A stretch of 64,000 nucleotides of DNA from the NCBI GenBank assembly GCA_951406725.2, contig OX597818.1, positions 127,162,001-127,226,000 on the forward strand, written 5' to 3'. Below, piece after piece: positions 23,584 to 37,849 of the stretch. The translations under genes were made by a program, and so were the position numbers. The notes below the pieces were generated by a model. The model was not told where the DNA came from, did not search any database, and saw nothing but the letters and a program-made list of their open reading frames with translations. Within the stretch, counting starts at the first letter, position 1, and each line of letters starts with the position of its first letter. This DNA comes from Octopus vulgaris (taxonomy: Eukaryota).

Positions 23584-23757
23584 TATATAGGTACATGACG
23601 TCACACAACGTAAGCAACATACGAAAACAACATGAAATACGAAGACAGACTTGGGTTTGCGAACAACGAGAGAAACAAATGGAAAACAAGACAAATAACC
23701 TAAAGAACGACCCTTCATCATTTGTCGTTAAATGCTCGAAATGAGTAGATAGACTCC
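23580..23757 (-). mobile_element. family J2 copy with an inversion at hammerhead stem I
   Basis: Minus: CGACAA-ATGATGA-AGGGT plus the J2 3' end; plus: TTGTCG-TTAAAT-GCTC-GAAA-TGAG. Confidence 0.65.
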
Positions 23758-24219
23758 ATAGAAAACTAATCCATACATACTGGGCCCATACTATACAAGC
23801 TAACATAGAAATACATGCACACACGTGCGCGCGCCTTAAACATATTGAAAAGAAGTAACTGACTTTATTATAATTACATCTCGAGTCATTTCTCCTACGT
23901 TTCAAACCTCTTTTCTTCTCCTTTTCTCTCGGTCAGCCAACAAATGACATGGACCAACAAGTATTTTTGTTTCTTCCCTTTCTACTTTATCTCTTTTCTT
24001 TCATAGACCACCAAGCAAATAATCACAGATTATTCTTGATTTTCCTTCTGTGTTTTTATTTTTGTCGTATTTTCTTCTCTCTCTCTGCACAACCAAGCGT
24101 CCACTTACTCCGTTTTTTTTTCTACTCTCCCCTATCTTATCCTAATCTCTTTCTCTTGGAACTACCTTACCCTATAGAATTTTCTCGGATTACCATCAGA
24201 TTACACAGAATACTGTTTT

Positions 24220-25240
24220 GGGATCTTTTCTATTGCTGTCACAGTTTTGTATTCTTTTTAATTTTGTTTCAGTTGTTTTAAAATCTGATATACTGATGTA
24301 ATTTTGTATGCTAATTATGAGAATGAAATTCATTTTTGCCACAAACTAATAAATAAAAAGTTGATAGTTTTTAAAGTTTGCACATTTTGAATAATTTCAG
24401 CCAGTCGAAAGCCAAAGACATTTTGGTGCCTATTTCCATTGTAATAAGTCGAGCTTAAAACTACCGCCACGTGTATTTTCTTTACTTGTCTATTTTCTTT
24501 GACGGGTGCCTATTTTTTAAACTTGCATGTTTGAATTTTCACTACAAGAATGTATTTATTGTTTACCTGAACTGAAGTAGTTATACTACAATATAACGTA
24601 CAGTTTGTTTGTTTCTTTTTTTCTTTCTAATTTTTTTTTTCTAATTTTTCGCAAAATCTTTCATTTGAGAATTTTTCCTTTCTAAGTTGTTTACATGTCT
24701 GTTCGAACGTTTCAACGTTGAACCCCAACTCTAAGCCCTAACTTTAACCCTATTCAAAACCTTAATTCTCGCCCTAAATCATAATCCTAAAACCTTACTC
24801 TAACCCTAATCCCTAAACCCTAATTCTAACCCTTAGCCCCAAACCTAATATACAGCTTCTTTGTTTTGTAATATTTCGCATAAGAATTCGTGTTTTTTTT
24901 TCATTTCAAAATTATTTATATGCTTGTTCGACCGTTTCACATGACTTTATTCATTAAAACTTATTAAAACCTCAAAACTTCTTTCAACTCTCTTCGTCGT
25001 AATGTCTTTTCTTTCATTTTGTGATAGACAACTTTCACGCAGAAAATGCCAGCTCCAAATCCTATTTCTGACTGGCTAAAAATTATCAGACTTTAAACTG
25101 CTGTAACAGTTTTCTAAACTTTTTCTGAAACAAGTGAATAACAATGTCAGTTTCCGCCTGTAAAATTACATCAATATACGAAATTTGAAAAGTTCATCTA
25201 ATTCTAAAATTTCAAAAGATGTGTCAGCTACAGAAAACCC
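24220..25240. mobile_element. non-autonomous TIR DNA transposon (MULE/Merlin-like, unclassified)
   Basis: Imperfect TIR GGG..TTTTCT...GCTG.CACA; 8-bp TSD ACTGTTTT (24212-24219, 25241-25248); internal degenerate (TAACCC)n at 24720-24850. Confidence 0.7.
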
Positions 25241-25473
25241 ACTGTTTTTTTATTCGTTTTTTTTTTTCGACGTACCAAATTAATATGAGCTTTTCTTTAC
25301 ATCTCTCCCGTCCCTTTTCTCTTTCCACTCCACCAATATGCCTGTTCTCAAATTCTTCCTTCATGACGTTTGTACCCTTTTAAGCAATCCTTCATTCTCT
25401 TCTTCAAGTGATATCCAGCCATACCTCCAAATTTCTTAACTACTGTTTAAAATTACCCGCTATCCCATATATA

Positions 25474-25686
25474 CGAGAGGGTACTGAAAAGTTCCTGGCT
25501 TTGGGGAAAAGAAAATACAGGAGGAACAGTTAATTATGACTTTATTCAACATATTCCCCTCTCAGATTCACACACTTATTGCAGCAGTCCTGTTTTTCTA
25601 AGCCCTGTAAAAGAACTCGGAAGGTTGGGTCTCCAATCAGGCCTTTCAAGTTATCCTTAAACTATGGACTTTTCAGCACCCCTTTG
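25474..25686. mobile_element. mariner-type MITE
   Basis: TA-CGAGAGGGTACTGAAAAGTTC ... GACTTTTCAGCACCCCTTTG-TA. Confidence 0.75.
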
Positions 25687-26586
25687 TACCAGTTTCGTTA
25701 GCCGTTGTCTTCACCACCACCTCATTCCTCATGGCTTCCATCTCTATATCCATCCCACACCCTACATCACAGAATCAAAAGATCGTAATGCATTACCTCT
25801 CTTCATGTGGGATATCATCCACTCCACCCTGTCCCAAATATGCATCCCTCTGCCATCTTCCGCATACCTGTGTCCTTTTATCCCCTACGTAACCTCACGC
25901 CCAGTTCTTCATCCGTTTCATCAATCATCTTAACCGTTTGCACATGGCCGTATGAAGAGCGCCTCTTGATGCTAGTGTCACGAGGCAAATTATGGAGCAC
26001 CATGAAGGATATTGGACAGAATATAATCAGTTCCTAACAAGTTAATATGGATACTTATTTTACAATGAGTGAACAATAAAAACAATGTGGTGCTTTGGTA
26101 TTACTGGTATTTTGAATTATAAATATGATGTACCAAACAAGATACAGAAAAATGAGCATTTCATCTCCCACATTCTCTTTCTTTCTAGCGTTCATTCTTT
26201 CTTTCCGTCTTTCTTCCGTCGTTGTTTCTGTTCTTCTTTTTTTGTGTGAGTGGTTCCACGTTTTCTCTCTCACTCTATTTTATTCTCATTCTATATACAA
26301 TCATATATGAATATATTCATATAAGTATTTCTGTGTGTACGGGGTTTATAAGAAAAATAGGGATATATTATATGTGTGAGTGTACAATGTGAATATAGAA
26401 AACTTTTGTGAGTATATGTATGTGTATGTATACGCGTATACATGTATGTGCATATATATATATATATACACATATATGTATACATATGTACATCCATACA
26501 TATATACATATATATGCACCTAATGTATCTGTACAAACTAATACCTATGTATTTACACACACACACACACACACACATACATTTAT

Positions 26587-26632
26587 AAAACTGTCCGACG
26601 AAAAGGAACGGGAAGCTCTGAGTAACAGTTTT
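26587..26632 (+). ncRNA. decayed minimal type I hammerhead
   Basis: AAAACTGT-CCGACGA-...-GAAG-CTCTGAG-TA-ACAGTTTT (8-bp stem I), then AATAAA and (TA)n. Confidence 0.5.
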
Positions 26633-26660
26633 TGTGATAATTTTGCTGCTTTTTAATAAA

Positions 26661-26720
<60 letters not shown>

Positions 26721-26933
26721 ATGCATACACGCATATACACATATATACGCACACATACACACATATATAGTTGTGCATGAATATGTGTATATGTACAAAT
26801 GTGAATACATGCATATATGCACATGTATATGGTCGGTGTATGCGGGGGCGAGAGATGGCCCGAACTTCGGTATGATTTTTGGGATATGAATTTTTGTAGT
26901 ACAATCTTTGTTTAGCTGTCCACTGTATATCTG

Positions 26934-27275
26934 TCAACAAAATCTTTGATTGATTTCGCTATTGTAGCTGTTTCGCAGGGCATCGACGTAAATCCATTCC
27001 ATGACGCGACTCGGGGGAAGAAGTGTACAGTAAAAGAATCCGCCACCGTCACCACCTTCTTCCACTTCGTTTCCTGTGCTTTCCACTTCCGTTTCATAGA
27101 GATATGCGGTCACGTGTTGTTCGTGTTCGGTGGAGTTCACAAGCAGCTTCCTCTGCCACCATTCCTTTTCATTGTTTATGTGAATATCTTCGTGAAAGAT
27201 GGCGCCCTTGTGTTTCCCGTAGTAGCGTTTCAGCACCTCAGGTGGAACTTTGGATAGGGCCGTGACGAACGCCGC
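26934..27275 (-). CDS. alpha/beta hydrolase-fold protein, last coding exon
   Basis: ttcttatttag acceptor context, phase 0; AAFVTALSKVPPEVLKRYYG...FYCTLLPPSRVMEWIYVDALR...RFC*. Confidence 0.85.
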   Translation of the reverse strand, partial: AAFVTALSKVPPEVLKRYYGKHKGAIFHEDIHINNEKEWWQRKLLVNSTEHEQHVTAYLYETEVESTGNEVEEGGDGGGFFYCTLLPPSRVMEWIYVDALRNSYNSEINQRFC

Positions 27276-27454
27276 CTAAATAAGAGAATTTAAAAGAATG
27301 AACAGAAGGAAGAGACAAAGCAATATACAAGCGAATGAATGATTAACTGGACAAACGAATGAATGAATGAATGAATGAATGAATGAATGAATGAATGAAT
27401 GAGCAGATGAATAATTGACTGAAGGGATTGAATAATGAAAGAATAATGGAATCT

Positions 27455-27668
27455 CTTTTAATCTTTTACTTGTTTCAGGCATTTGACTGCAGCCATGCTG
27501 GATCACCGCCTTTAGTCGAGCAAACCGACCCCGGGACTTATTCTTTTGTAAGCCCAGTACTTATTCTATCGGTCTCTTTTTCGAACCGCTAAGTGACGGG
27601 GACGTAAACACACCGCATCGGTTGTCAAGCAATGCTAGGGGGACAAACACAGACACACAAACACACAA

Positions 27669-27708
<40 letters not shown>

Positions 27709-27860
27709 GACAGGCTTCTTTCAGTTTCCGGCTACCAAATCCACCCACAAGGCATTGGTCGGCCCGGGGCTATAGCAGAAGACACTTGTCCAAGGTGCCA
27801 CGCAGTGGGACTGAAGCCGGAACCATGTGGTTGGTTAGCAAGCTACTTACCACACAGCCA
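27455..27860 (-). mobile_element. SINE S2
   Basis: Reverse-complement S2. Confidence 0.85.
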
Positions 27861-29378
27861 ATACAAACAAATTAAATTTGCAAGCAGCTAGTATTGGGTT
27901 CGTTCCTACTGCGCGGTACTTTGGGCAAGAGTCCCGTGCCAGCTAATGCTTTGTGAGTGGCGTTGAGATAGACGAAAGCTGTGTGGTGGACCATGGTATA
28001 TATACATATGTATATATACCTGTGTATGTTTATCTGTGTTTGTGTTTTTCCCCACCACCCCTTGACAATTGGAATCGGATTTTTCCCATGTTGCCGTAAC
28101 TTAACAGTTTGATAGAAGACACCGATAGATTATGTACCAGACTTTAAATAATACAGCGGTTGATTTCTTCAAGGTGGTACCCCAGCTTCGCTGCCGTTCA
28201 ACGATTAAAACTAGTGCAAGGTAAAAGAAAAATGCAGCTAAAAGAAGTTTAAATATTAGGGCTGACATTGTTTTGTAAATTAAGAGACGAAGTTTTTTGT
28301 TTTAGTACTTTTTTAAGACAAGCAATTGCTGATACCCACACCGAAGCAAGCAAGATTTCCTGCCCAACGAGCCACCGAAATGTCTACAGAAAATGCCGTC
28401 GCATTAGAGCCGATACAGCTCGGTACCAGAGTCGCCTGCGACGACACTGTCAGATTAGGGGCTGAAACCTCAATATATGTTATCCAACACTCAAACGCTT
28501 CCGACAATTCACCTCCCTGGAAGCATGATACCATTCAAGCATTCTGGAATCGATATAATCAACTATACTTATCCTCTCGGTGTTTGGACAAATGTAAATG
28601 TAAAAATCAATATTGAAACAAAACAATCCACCTCAAATACGGCACGAAACTATGTAACATTTACATTCCAGTATATACTTGAGTGTAAATTATAATATTA
28701 ATGGATTTCTGTCGATTTTGACGATGAGGATCCAGTCGATCAATCAACGATTCATTGAATTATCGTGGAAGTTGATGAGTATTCCACAGACACGTGTATC
28801 CTTAATGTAATTCTGAAGCAGGATCGATTCGACAGTTAGAATCCAACCAACGGGCTTCTACACAGTTTCCATTTACCCAATTTAATTCCCAAGGCATGAG
28901 TTGACCCGAATCAATGGTAAAAAATACTTTTCCAAAACACCACTTAGTGGGATTTTATCCGGCATCATATGGTTGTGATGCAGACATGTTAACCATTCAG
29001 CCATGCTTCGTTTATATATCGGACTCATCCTGTAAAATATATGAGATTTAAAATAAAAAGCAAGCATGTTTTGTGATCGATTGATTAATATCTCACTTGG
29101 TTTGACATCATTTGGCAACTCTAGTCGAGAGACGCTTCACAGTTCTCTTCAGAGTTTAATGTCTTAAATCATCGCACCAAGGTCAGGCACATTATTTTCT
29201 AAGTTCCTTGCGATGACATCCGTACAAGAAAGCTTGCTATCTTTTCCCACTAGCTACCCAAGTCGACTTTCCATTTCATCCTTTTGACATAGATAAAATA
29301 AGTACCAGTCGAGCACAGGAGAAGATGGTCGATGTAATCGATTGCGTCTTCCCAAAATTTTCAGCCCTTGTGCCTTTC

Positions 29379-29938
<560 letters not shown>

Positions 29939-30495
29939 GAGTGAGAGAGCAGTTCATGCCATCAAAGTGACACTGGGGTAAAATATACGAAGCCCAATAT
30001 ACCCATCATGACTACCCGTCTGATAAAGGTACACCAGGCACATGCATCACAACCATATGTGCGCGACATGGTGATCTCATATCAAGATAAACAGCACATG
30101 ACCTTGCAGGTGGGGCCCAGTTAGAATTTTCTTCACGCTGAGTAGCCCATCCCGCTCAAAAGGTCCCTGAATAAGGGTTGTTTAAGGATGTTGAAAGAAC
30201 CACCTATGTTTCCAGAGGTGAATTATTCAAACCCCAAAGAATCCCTCTCAACACATGGCTATGATGCTCCCCCACTACTTCTGCTCGTGATCAGAGATGC
30301 ACATACCGTCAGCCACTAACGGACATGCTCAACTGGTTAAGGTCAAACAACTGACGAGCAAATCTGTGGTATTGAGCAGAATATTTGCTGTAGCCCATCT
30401 TTTATACCAAGACAAAACAATGTACATGATAACACTTCCAATCAGTTAAGATCAGAAGCCATGAGAGCCACAGTCTGGTACTGCATCAGGTCATC
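29939..30495 (-). mobile_element. (AAT)n-targeted retroelement 3' portion
   Basis: Same sequence as 48885-49392 in opposite orientation; both copies are embedded in (AAT)n. Confidence 0.75.
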
Positions 30496-30795
<300 letters not shown>

Positions 30796-30804
30796 GCTAT
30801 TGCT

Positions 30805-31010
30805 AAGGCGGCGAGCTGGCAGAATCGTTAGCACGCCGGGTAAAATGCTTTGCAGTATTTCGTCCGTCTTCACGGTCTGAGTTCAAATTCCGCCGTGGTC
30901 GACTTTCCCTTTCATCTTTTCGGGGGTCGATAAATCAAGTACCAGTGGAACACTGGGGTTGATGTAATCGACTAATCCCCTCCCCCAAAGGCCTTGTGCG
31001 TTTAGTAAAA
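30805..31010 (+). mobile_element. SINE S3
   Basis: GGCGGCGAGCTGGCAGAA head and S3 core. Confidence 0.8.
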
Positions 31011-31066
31011 AGAAATGCTATTTCTTTTAAATTTTGTTGTTAACTTGAATTAGATGAGAAACTTAC

Positions 31067-31318
31067 GTAATTTAAATCCCGGCATGTAAAATCTCTGACA
31101 CTCGTGACGTTGTAGAAGTGGGACTGTATCCGTTTCTGACTCAGCATAAATGCCCTGATTTCGGTAGGTGAGTGAGCGAGATGACTGTATGAGTCGCTCT
31201 GATACTCGCATCGTTTTAAATAGAAAAATAGTGTTACGTAGACTATGCGTACGTTATTGTCTCGTATGTATAAACCTGGTGATATGCCGATATTTTCTTC
31301 AATTGAATAACTTTTCAC
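31067..31318 (-). CDS. alpha/beta hydrolase-fold protein, internal exon
   Basis: ccgcag|GTG ... TAC|gtaagt, 252 nt, phase 0/0; VKSYSIEE...[12 protein letters not shown]...FTCRDLNY. Confidence 0.85.
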
Positions 31319-31333
31319 CTGCGGTAATAAGAA

Positions 31334-31444
<111 letters not shown>

Positions 31445-31496
31445 TATACATATATATACATATACATACACACACACATATATATATATATATATA

Positions 31497-31930
31497 TTAG
31501 CAATAATTATAACGATAAAGAATGTATAAGAATTTTTTGCGTAATAAGATAAAAAAAACCAAGGCTGTGTAGATATTAGAGCATTTATAGATAGGTCTTA
31601 CACCTGTTTCTATTTATTAATTATATCCCTTCATCAGAGACGGTGTGAGAGGATAGTTAAGTCATAGTTAATTTAGATGTGATACAAAATAGAGAGTGAG
31701 GTGGAGGAAAGAAAATAGATGCAAGATATGTATAGGTATTGAAGTTGTAAATCCATTTTTTAGGCATAATGGTATATATGCAATATTCCAATATCCTTTG
31801 AGTAAAGTCCAAAAGTCCAACAGAGTTTAAAATGTGTCCTTCCAAATATAGAGTTTATAACCAATGTAAGATTCCCTTATGAGTGAGATCCAGCAGATTT
31901 TTAAACTTGGTCATTCCCAGTAGAGAATTA
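31497..31930 (-). mobile_element. Penelope-like 3' fragment with hammerhead
   Basis: Minus GTCT-CTGATGA-AGGGATA...-GAAA-CAGGTG-TA-AGAC at 31596-31642; RILE..I motif upstream; (TA)n flanks. Confidence 0.65.
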
Positions 31931-32018
31931 TATATATAGTGTTGCAGAGTCAAAGGTTTTTATTTAAAGAATATAAAAACTAGTACATCGTCAAAATTTA
32001 TTTACTTTTATTTTACAA

Positions 32019-32172
32019 TAGGCGCAGGAGTGGCTGTGTGGTAAGTAGTTTGCTAACCAACCACATGGTTCCGGGTTCAGTCCCTTGGGCAAGTGTCTTC
32101 TGCTATAGCCCCGGGCCGACCAATGCCTTGTGAGTGGATTTAGTAGACGGAAACTGAAAGAAGCCTGTCGTA

Positions 32173-32250
<78 letters not shown>

Positions 32251-32443
32251 TTCCCCTAGCATTGCTTGACAACCGATGCTGGTGTGTTTACGTCCCCGTC
32301 ACTTAGTGGTTCGGCAAAATAGACCGATAGAATAAGTACTGGGCTTACAAAAGAATAAGTCCCGGGGTCGATTTGCTCGACTAAAGGCGGTGCTCCAGCA
32401 TGGCCGCAGTCAAATGACTGAAACAAGTAAAAGAGTAAAAGAA
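32019..32443 (+). mobile_element. SINE S2
   Basis: Near-full S2 copy. Confidence 0.85.
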
Positions 32444-32747
32444 TGTCATACAGCATATTTTTATGGTTACGACAACTTACGCATATTTCCACTGCACAGA
32501 GTAAGTGCAGCTGCATATGCAGCCGAGCATAATTTTCTGTGCAGCTTTGTTCAGGGTCTTTCAACCAGTTTGGCCCAAAGCGAACACAGAATTACCCATC
32601 GGTGGAATATACAGCGTAAGTGACGACTCCTCGTAGTCATAGATGCTAATACTAATCGATGTGGTTAGCCGTAACCTGGAACACAACTGAAAGCAATCAC
32701 AGTACCCGCTCGGATAATATATCCCTCTAAACTCACGTTTATATATA

Positions 32748-33314
32748 TTGGGTTGTCCGGAAAGTTCGTGCCGATTTATAGTAGCTTTTCTTTCGACTTA
32801 TTTTAGAACATGGTTGAGTCCATAAAATAGGATTTGACTACACCTCCATTTAGAGCACAGTTTAAGCTATCTTTTCGTGGAAGAAGTTTTACGTTCCTAT
32901 AAACTGTGTTAATTTTGTAACTCTTTAAAATGGAAGATAAGAAAGTTCCTTTTCGGCATTTGATGCTTTGGGAACCAGACAAAAATTGCTACAGCTCGGC
33001 TGGGATGTGTTACTCTACCCTCCATATTCACCAGATATTGCTCCTTCGGATTTCAAATTATTCAGGTCTCTGTAGAATAGTCTTAATGGTAAAAATTTCA
33101 ATTCCTTGGATGACGAAAAAAGATACCTTGATGAATTCTTTGCCATGAAACAACCTCAATTCTGGGAAGAGGGTATTTTCAAGTTAAAAGGAAAGATGGA
33201 GACGCATTGTGCAACAAAATGGTTCATATTTGGTTGATTAAAAATGTAATGGCAAGTATTTATTGACCTTTTTCTTTCCTTTAAAAATCGGTACGAACTT
33301 TCTGGACAGCCCAA
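32748..33314 (+). mobile_element. internally deleted mariner element
   Basis: TA TSD, about 30-bp TIR TTGGGTTGTCCGGAAAGTTCG; MEDKKVPFRHLML N-terminus fused to a YSPDIAPSD C-terminus. Confidence 0.9.
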
Positions 33315-33417
33315 TATATATAATAGGAGAAAAAAAATTATGATAAGGCAGAATGCTAAATTGAAAGTAAATTTTAATAAAAATGGGTGTATGAAAAATT
33401 AAAAAAGAAAAAATAAT

Positions 33418-33458
33418 AAATCAAATCGATTTTCATCGCAAAGCAAATTTTCAAGATT

Positions 33459-33459
<1 letters not shown>
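33418..33459 (-). ncRNA. decayed minimal hammerhead next to (TA)n
   Basis: AAATC-TTGAAAA-TTTGCTTTGCGAT-GAAA-ATCGAT-TT-GATTT. Confidence 0.4.
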
Positions 33460-33512
<53 letters not shown>

Positions 33513-33518
33513 TGTATG

Positions 33519-33549
<31 letters not shown>

Positions 33550-33954
33550 TATTGTAGTAAGTATGCGAAAGAGCTATTGTGAGTAAAGGCCATATTCACT
33601 GCTGTTTGCTGTAAATAATTCTCGCTTTAGGGAACAGGTGTAAAAAAAAACATCAAATAAAAATTGTGTCCATGTCTGCGCATGTGTATGTGTCTCAGGA
33701 CTCCTTGAGTGCTGCTGGTAATATATATTCTACTATAATGCGTAATACTAGGTAGGATCGTCCGTGACTAAAACGGACAAATTATAATAAAACGTGTCAA
33801 GCGTGGGTGATGGATGGATGGATGGATGGATGGATGGATGGATGGATGGATGGATGGGTGGGTGGATGGATCGGTGGATGAATGGGTGGATGGATGCATT
33901 GAGTGAACGACGATTTAGCAATAGTAGGCCGGGTTATTAAAATACAGAAATAAT

Positions 33955-34168
33955 CTTTGCTACTCTAGGCACAAGGCCCGAAATTTTCGGGGAGGGGACC
34001 AGTCAATTAGGTCGACCCTACTATGCAACTGGTACTTAATTTATCGACCCCGAAAGGGTGAAAAACCAAGTCGATCTTAGTAGAATTTGAAATCAGAACG
34101 TAGCGGCAAACGAAATACAGCTAAGCATTTCGCCCGGCGTGCTAGCGTTTCTGCCAGCTCGCCGCCTT
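33955..34168 (-). mobile_element. SINE S3
   Basis: Reverse-complement S3. Confidence 0.75.
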
Positions 34169-34684
34169 ATGAAAATGCTAGAAATAATGAAAGGGCGTAT
34201 AGATTTCCGGCAGGTTCCGGCAGGTAGAAAGAAGCATCAGTTGAATTGCTTTGAATTACCCTTGTTACTAAATCTCTTTCACAATGAAGGTACTATTTGT
34301 AATGCACACATGCACACGCCCACACACACTTATGTGCTATAAATCCTGTGCAATATATTGTGATTTCAAGTTTCACGATACAGAATATGTTCCAGGCAGA
34401 ATATGTATCAGTGTTATAAAGTTGAAGAAGTATAATCGATGCGAGGTTTTGTTTAGTCACCTGATGATTACTCTGATAATATTTCGCAGCATGAAACCCT
34501 GAAGTCCTGAATTATAACCAGCAAGGGTGCACCCATAATAAATATTTAATACAATACACAAATATACATACAAACATACACACACACAGCACACACACAA
34601 CATACACACAAACACACACACATGCAAACATACACACAACCACACACATACTTATATACATACATACACACATGGCTAAGGCAC

Positions 34685-35360
34685 ACTGTCGGTTACGACG
34701 ATGAGCGTTGCAGTTGATCAGATCAAAGGAACAGCTTGCTCGTGAAATTGGGATGGAAGCACTCCGTCGGTTACGACGATGAGGGTTCCGGTTGATCCGA
34801 TCAGCGGAACACCCTGCTCGTGAAATTAACGTGTAAGTGGCTGAGCACTCCACAGACACGTGTACCCTTAACGTAGTTCTCGGGGATATTCAGTGTGACA
34901 CAGAGAGTGACAAGGCCGGCCCTTTGAAATACAGGTACAACAGAAACAGGAAGTAAGAGTGAGAGAAAGTTGTGGTGAAAGAATACAGCAGGGATCACCA
35001 CCATCCCCTGCCGGAGCCTCGTGGAGCTTTAGGTGTTTTCGCTCAATTAACACTCACAACGCCCGGTCTGGGAATCGAAACCGTGATCCTATGACCGCGA
35101 GTCCGCTGCCCTAACCACTGGGCCATTGCGCCTCCACTGCTCGTGAAATTAACGTACAAGTGGCTGAGCACTCCAGAGACCCGCGGCCTCTTATAGTTCT
35201 CATAGAGATTCAACGTGAAACAGAACGTAGCAATGACGACCCTTTGAATTACATGTACAAATCGCTTTTGTCAACTGAGTGGACTGAAACAACGTGTCCT
35301 GCTCGAGAACACAGCGCGCCGCCGGGGATTCAAACTCATTACGTCATTAAACCACACGCC
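34685..35360 (-). mobile_element. young SINE S1 (34754-35137) nested in an older related SINE
   Basis: TGCTCGTGAAATT is duplicated on either side of the inner copy. Confidence 0.75.
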
Positions 35361-35512
35361 TTCACACATACATACATACATACATACATACATACATACA
35401 TACATACATACATACATACATACATACATACATACATACATACATACATGTTGGAAGTCAACTCATGACTGAGTAAAACCGCTTACTGAACTCAATAATC
35501 CCGTGCAAAATG

Positions 35513-36110
35513 GGTGGCGAGCTGGCAGAGTCATTCGTATGCTGGGCGAAATGCTTAGCGGTATTTCGTCTGTCGTTACGTTCTGAGTTCAAATTCCGCC
35601 GAGGTCCACTTTGCCTTTCCTCCTTTCGGGGTCGATAAATTAAGTACCAGTTACGCATTGCGGTCGAAATAATTGACTTAATCCGTCTGTCTGTCCTTGT
35701 TTGTCTCTTCTGTGTTTAGCCCCTTGTGGGTAGTAAAGAAATAGGTATTTCGTCTGCCGTTACGTTCTGAGTTCAAATTCCGCCGAGGTCCACTTTGCCT
35801 TTCCTCCTTTCGGGGTCGATAAATTAAGTACCAGTTACGCACTGCGGTCGATATAATTGACTTAATCCGTCTGTCTGTCCTTGTTTGTCTCTTCTGTGTT
35901 TAGCCCCTTGTGGGTAGTAAAGGAATAGGTATTTCGTCTGCCGTTACGTTCTGAGTTCAAATTCCGCCGAGGTCGACTTTGCCATTCATCCTTTCGGGGT
36001 CGATTAAATAAGTACCAGTTACGCACTGGGATCGATTTAATTGACTTAATCCCTTTGTCTGTCCCTGTTTGTCCCCTCTATGTTTAGCCCCTTGTGGGCA
36101 ATAAAGAAAG
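35513..36110 (+). mobile_element. SINE S3 with a tandemly triplicated 3' body
   Basis: About 183-bp unit starting GGTATTTCGTCTG, three copies. Confidence 0.85.
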
Positions 36111-36923
36111 AAATAATACCATGCAAACGTTCTGAGAGTCGAAGAAGTTCCTGCACGTAAATCTATTCTGAATGGTTAAAGAGTTGCCTAGCACGGAACC
36201 CACTTTTCAGAGTAATCATCTAGGAAACCAGTAACACAACAGAGGTTGAGATGATCAGCAGCCAAACTGCACTAGAAGGTTTTTTTTTTTTATATGCGTG
36301 TATACCTTCTCCACGAAGTAAATTCTAACGAGAGCAAGTGGTCCTTCACTCACGGTGGTTCACATGCAATTAAGTTATACCTGGGACCCTAACCGGTGCT
36401 ACTAGTCTGAATCAGAATAGATCTAGGAACAACATTGGCTAAGAGGTGGTTCCGCACTCCACAAAGACCTCTAACTCCCACACCAGGACCCCACTACCTG
36501 ATGTAGTGTAACGCCATAACCAGGACATACATACTCACACACGCGCGCATACACACACATACATACATACATACATACATACATACATACATACATACAT
36601 ACATACATACATACATACATACATACATAACCTCCATCTTCTATATCCAGATTATAAATTCACATTTATATCCGCAATAATTGTGCACTTGGTTTTTTTA
36701 GTAAATGCCTAAATGACAATCTGGATAAGCTATGGTATTCATAAAAAGAAATCAACCAGCTCATTCACACATTACAAATACAATTTGTAAGTGGAACAGT
36801 AAAAAAGGAAAGACTTTTCTCAGGTTTATAATGTGAAGCTGTTTTTGCTATCAGCTTCTAGCATAAAAACCAACACCTTCCTCAGAGGCAGATTTCAAGA
36901 TATTAAAGACAAAAGTGCACATA

Positions 36924-37849
36924 CGAGATCTGATCAATAAGTATCTGGACTGTTGCCATAGTAACGAAGCTAAAGCACGCAGAGCGAAGCCACTCGGTAC
37001 AGATTGACCTTGCACCCTGTTGTACATGCGCATTAAGTTTTAATGTTCTAGCTCACTTCCGCTGTTTACAGCAGTGCTCGGAAATAACGTGTGTAGCGTG
37101 TGATCGCCGCATTGACCATGACAGAGAAAGTTGTCATGGCGATACCTGCTCTGAAGGAAGCGCAGAGTTTATGCGATACCTGCTCAGAAGCAAGCGCAGA
37201 GTGTGTGAAGAGAAGTTTATGAGCTGCACACAAGTGTATGAGTGGTTCAGACGTTTCGAAGATGGCTGAAAAAATGTCGATATTGACGAACGTTCTGGGA
37301 GACCCGCAACCAGCAGAACTGAGAAAAACATCGAAGATGTGCGTGCAGCTTTGAGGGGAAATCGTCTAATCACCATCCGTGAGTCATCAGAGGATGTGCA
37401 GATTAGTTACGGTTCAGTTCAGTCCATTATCACAGAAGATTTGGGTATGAGACACGTGCCTGCCAAGTTTGTGCCCAAACTGCTTTCAGCTGACCAAAAA
37501 GACACTCGGGTTTCAGTTGCACAAGATCTCCTTGTGTGCGTAAGCATCTGAGCAGGTATCACCAAGTTCTCTTTGTGTGTGTAGGCATCTCCACGGGTAT
37601 CACCAAGATTTGGACAAAATTTGATGCAGATTCTCTGCTCAACTTGCTCTGTCATTTTCATTGCGACGGTCACACGCTACACACCTTCCTTCTGAGCATT
37701 GATATAAACAGCAGAAGCAAAGTAGAACGTTAAAACTTAGTGCGTATGCACAGCAGAGTTTAAGGTCAATATGTGCCAAGCAGACTCATTCTGCGTGCTT
37801 TAGCTTCGTTACTGTAGCAACAATCCGGATACTTATTGATCAGACCACG
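36924..37849. mobile_element. mariner derivative built from two inverted 5' ends
   Basis: TA TSD; about 210-bp inverted arms each leading into ATGACAGAG; + strand VYEWFRRF...ERSGRP...FVPKLL; - strand MTEQVEQRICIKFC. Confidence 0.85.

Noticed and set aside
28310-28560. GC-richer stretch with overlapping short ORFs
   Set aside because: No splice signals or recognisable motifs; probably an old retroelement fragment
32491-32675. AG...GTAAGT-bounded segment in the hydrolase intron (-)
   Set aside because: Stops in all three frames, and the flanking exons already join in phase
35560-36110. Regularly spaced repeats resembling an array
   Set aside because: Tandem copies of a SINE body with no unique spacers; not CRISPR
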